Under the pieces are notes generated by a model. The model was not told the DNA's origin and did no database searches. It saw only the letters and a program-made list of their open reading frames with translations. Shown one piece after another: positions 61,566 to 64,000 of a DNA stretch of 64,000 nt. Source of the DNA: Acidobacteriota bacterium (GTDB lineage: Bacteria > Acidobacteriota > UBA6911); the NCBI GenBank assembly GCA_963664705.1, contig OY761556.1, forward strand, positions 5,664,001 to 5,728,000, read 5' to 3'. The translations under genes and the position numbers were made by a program. Each line of letters opens with the position of its first letter. The stretch's first letter is position 1.

Positions 61566-62590
61566 TGCTACTCTCCTTAAACTTGGGGGGGCGCAGATTG
61601 CGGAATCGTATTCAAAATATTGCATAATTCTAATTCAAACCAGCTATGAGATCTACATTTTTGGTGTTTAAATAATTCAGAGAAACTTGACCGCGAGTCA
61701 CAGAGCTCGCTTTGTCCGGGGACGAGACAGATTTCGACAGAAATCCCCAAAATTATATCGGAAACTTGATCGCAGCTTGCCTACGAATTGGTTTAGGACT
61801 TTGGATTTATAAAATAGACAGTTATTTGATATATCGGCAAACCTATTTCGAAGACATATATTCGAGTCGCGGTCTTGGTCGAACTAGAATGATACCGTAT
61901 GAGCGGCTGACGATTTGAATACCATTTCAATGAATGGCTTATTTCGCCTGATCCCATTGCTCCAGCTTTAACTTAATAAGATCTGAGCCTCCTTAGAGAA
62001 AGGAATCCAAGGCTCGACTCAACTTATCCAAACGTACGTCTATTTCAAGTTGCCTACCGGCTTCTGTAATTCGTTTCGTATCTTCGTGAATTTCTAGATC
62101 GTAGTCGTCATGCCCAACTTTATAGGGCTGTCGCATATTCGACATATTTAACCTTTTTCCCCTATCCCATGGTTGGATAACATCGCATAATGCCGAAAAG
62201 TTTGCGAAAGGTTCGCGTTGCACGCTTTGTCGGGCATGAATACCTGTTGGTGCCTCTCTGATTCAACGTTAGATGATCAAATGTCCGATAATGCAGAATT
62301 CGCCAAGAAGAATGTTAAGCAGGTTAGCGGGTTAAGGCCAAAATTCCACTAAATGATGGATTGTTAAATTGACTTAAAGGTCAGCCGGGTCTTTCTAAAC
62401 TCGGTTTCTGTGCCAAAATAATCTTGCTTTCTATTGCGGATTGGCTGATCATCATACCAATCCAAGTTATAGATTCAGTCTCCCGATAGCACAACTTTTC
62501 TAGCAGTGAAGTTCTTCACATTTTACCTCGACTAGACTAGCTAGTGCTAGTTGACATTATAAGGCCGCGGGACGAAGGAGTGACCTCATC

Positions 62591-63382
62591 GTGACTGAAT
62601 TGCAGCAGCCATCGGCAATGGATCTCGTATCGATGGAATCGTTGCCGCCCACTTTGGAAGCAGCGGCAGCGGCACGGCTCGCCAGCGTCGCGGGCGGGAT
62701 TGGCGCGTATGAACTGAATATCAAGCCGCGGCGCGTAATCAACCAGGGCGACTTACCGTGCTGCGTTTCGTGTGCGCTGACGGCGGCTCTGGAAGCGCTC
62801 AATTTCGATTGCCCAGTATTGGCGCCGATGTTCCACTACTTCGTCACACGTTACGAACAGGCAGGCGGGGCTAATGCCGACGGATTCCTGTTTCTCGATA
62901 GCGGCATTTCAACCATCCAGGGTGTTGGTGTCTGTAAGCAGTCCCTGTATCTGGAGACAAACCGTTTGCCATCGACTACCGACCGACCGCCGCAAGCTGC
63001 GTTCGACGATGCGGAAGCGCGAAAGCTGTCGTCGTTCGGCTTTTCGCGCGTGCAGGAGATCAACGCGATATCGCGCAGCGTTGTAATCAAGGAGCGGTTG
63101 CGCGCGGATTATCCAGTGGTGGTCGGATTTACGTTGCCGATGGAATATCCCGCAAAGATTGACACCGAGAAGCGATGGATGGATCCGGAGGGATTTACGG
63201 CTTCCTCCATCGGGCACTGTGTGTTGCTCGTTGGGTACGATGACCTACAGGGCGGCGGATCCGGCGCCGTCCGAGTGCAGGACAGCCGCGGCATGCAGTT
63301 CGCAGACGGCGGGTGCTGGTGGATGGGATATCGGGTTCTGGACAGCGCATTTGTGCAGGCTGCTGTGTATCTCACGCGTTGA
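62591..63382 (+). CDS. Papain-like (C1) cysteine peptidase
   Basis: NQGDLPCC, GHCVLLVGYDD, QDSRG..ADGG..W; AAGGAG RBS. Confidence 0.82.
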   Translation: MTELQQPSAMDLVSMESLPPTLEAAAAARLASVAGGIGAYELNIKPRRVINQGDLPCCVSCALTAALEALNFDCPVLAPMFHYFVTRYEQAGGANADGFLFLDSGISTIQGVGVCKQSLYLETNRLPSTTDRPPQAAFDDAEARKLSSFGFSRVQEINAISRSVVIKERLRADYPVVVGFTLPMEYPAKIDTEKRWMDPEGFTASSIGHCVLLVGYDDLQGGGSGAVRVQDSRGMQFADGGCWWMGYRVLDSAFVQAAVYLTR

Positions 63383-63393
63383 AAGGAGCGGTG

Positions 63394-64000
63394 ATGAGGA
63401 AGAAAGGATTGCTGCTATTGCTGGCAGTGGTGGCGCTTGGGGGCTGCGCCAAGATCAAGGTTGTGAAGCTGACACCAGGATTGCCGAAGCCGCCGAGCGC
63501 GAATGGTCTGTTTTATGCGTTGCCGAAGACGATCATGCGCGTGGCTCTGACGGTCGAACAGACGAAGCGCACAGGTGCGCCATTCATTGATTTTGCGCCG
63601 ATCTTCGTTCCCGGCGCCGATGTCGCATGTGAGACGCCAAACTGCGCGAGCGAGAAGATGAAGATATTTGCGTTGAAAAAGGGCGTGACGCTAACGACGT
63701 TTGGCACACCAGACCCGGAGCAGGTCTACATGGTGAATTTCGTGGGGGGCGGCGTGCAAGACCAATCGCTGAGCCTGGCGTGGACCGACACAGGAATTCT
63801 ATCATCGGTGAGTACTTCGGTGACAAACAGGACGACGGACATTGCGGTCTCTCTGGCGAAGCTGAGTGCGGGAGTAGCTTCGAGAGCTGCATTTGGTGCG
63901 GCGAAAGCAGTTGCCATACCCGGTACAGCGACCGCATGTGGAGAGTCCTCTTCCAGGGATCCAGTCTATCTGCCGATCTTGTACGTTCCGTCGATGCTCT
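63394..64000 (+). CDS. Lipoprotein (DUF4831-like), runs off the window
   Basis: AAGGAG RBS; MRKKGLLLLLAVVALGGC lipobox; GLFYALPKT motif; absent from the ORF track, presumably because no stop lies in the window. Confidence 0.7.
   Translation, partial: MRKKGLLLLLAVVALGGCAKIKVVKLTPGLPKPPSANGLFYALPKTIMRVALTVEQTKRTGAPFIDFAPIFVPGADVACETPNCASEKMKIFALKKGVTLTTFGTPDPEQVYMVNFVGGGVQDQSLSLAWTDTGILSSVSTSVTNRTTDIAVSLAKLSAGVASRAAFGAAKAVAIPGTATACGESSSRDPVYLPILYVPSML

Noticed and set aside
61620-62560. ORFs 61712-61918 and 61993-62223
   Set aside because: Weak starts and no motif; probably degraded gene debris

Overview
Bacterial accessory DNA with no core genes, apparently a stack of elements integrated at tRNA-Ala(GGC). 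(1) 1-22837: two tandem cargo islands end in an apparently identical 1.7-kb module (small membrane ORF, tyrosine integrase, arm-type repeats, 3' half of tRNA-Ala). Their cargo is mostly large multi-PAS sensor kinases. (2) ~22840-35830: a phage-satellite-like element with a second integrase family, RHH, Xis-like, TerS-like and helicase-like genes and an iteron-like cluster. It carries unusual cargo: a Panacea/SocA-like gene coupled to a proteasome-beta-like Ntn protease, an HTH-NUDIX-like protein beside a tiny acidic peptide, and a SAM-I/IV-type riboswitch (promoter, aptamer, terminator) upstream of two phage-like hypothetical genes. (3) ~35890-61060: a defence island with a DEAD/H helicase, EndoV-like protein, Mrr-like nuclease, Type I R-M (plus NucS-like and M48 genes), GmrSD, an ATPase/TOPRIM pair, a DUF429 remnant and an Hhe-like helicase-nuclease. 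(4) A C1 peptidase and a lipoprotein at the right edge. No CRISPR array, rRNA or intact tRNA was seen. All family calls come from motif recognition by eye, not database searches.
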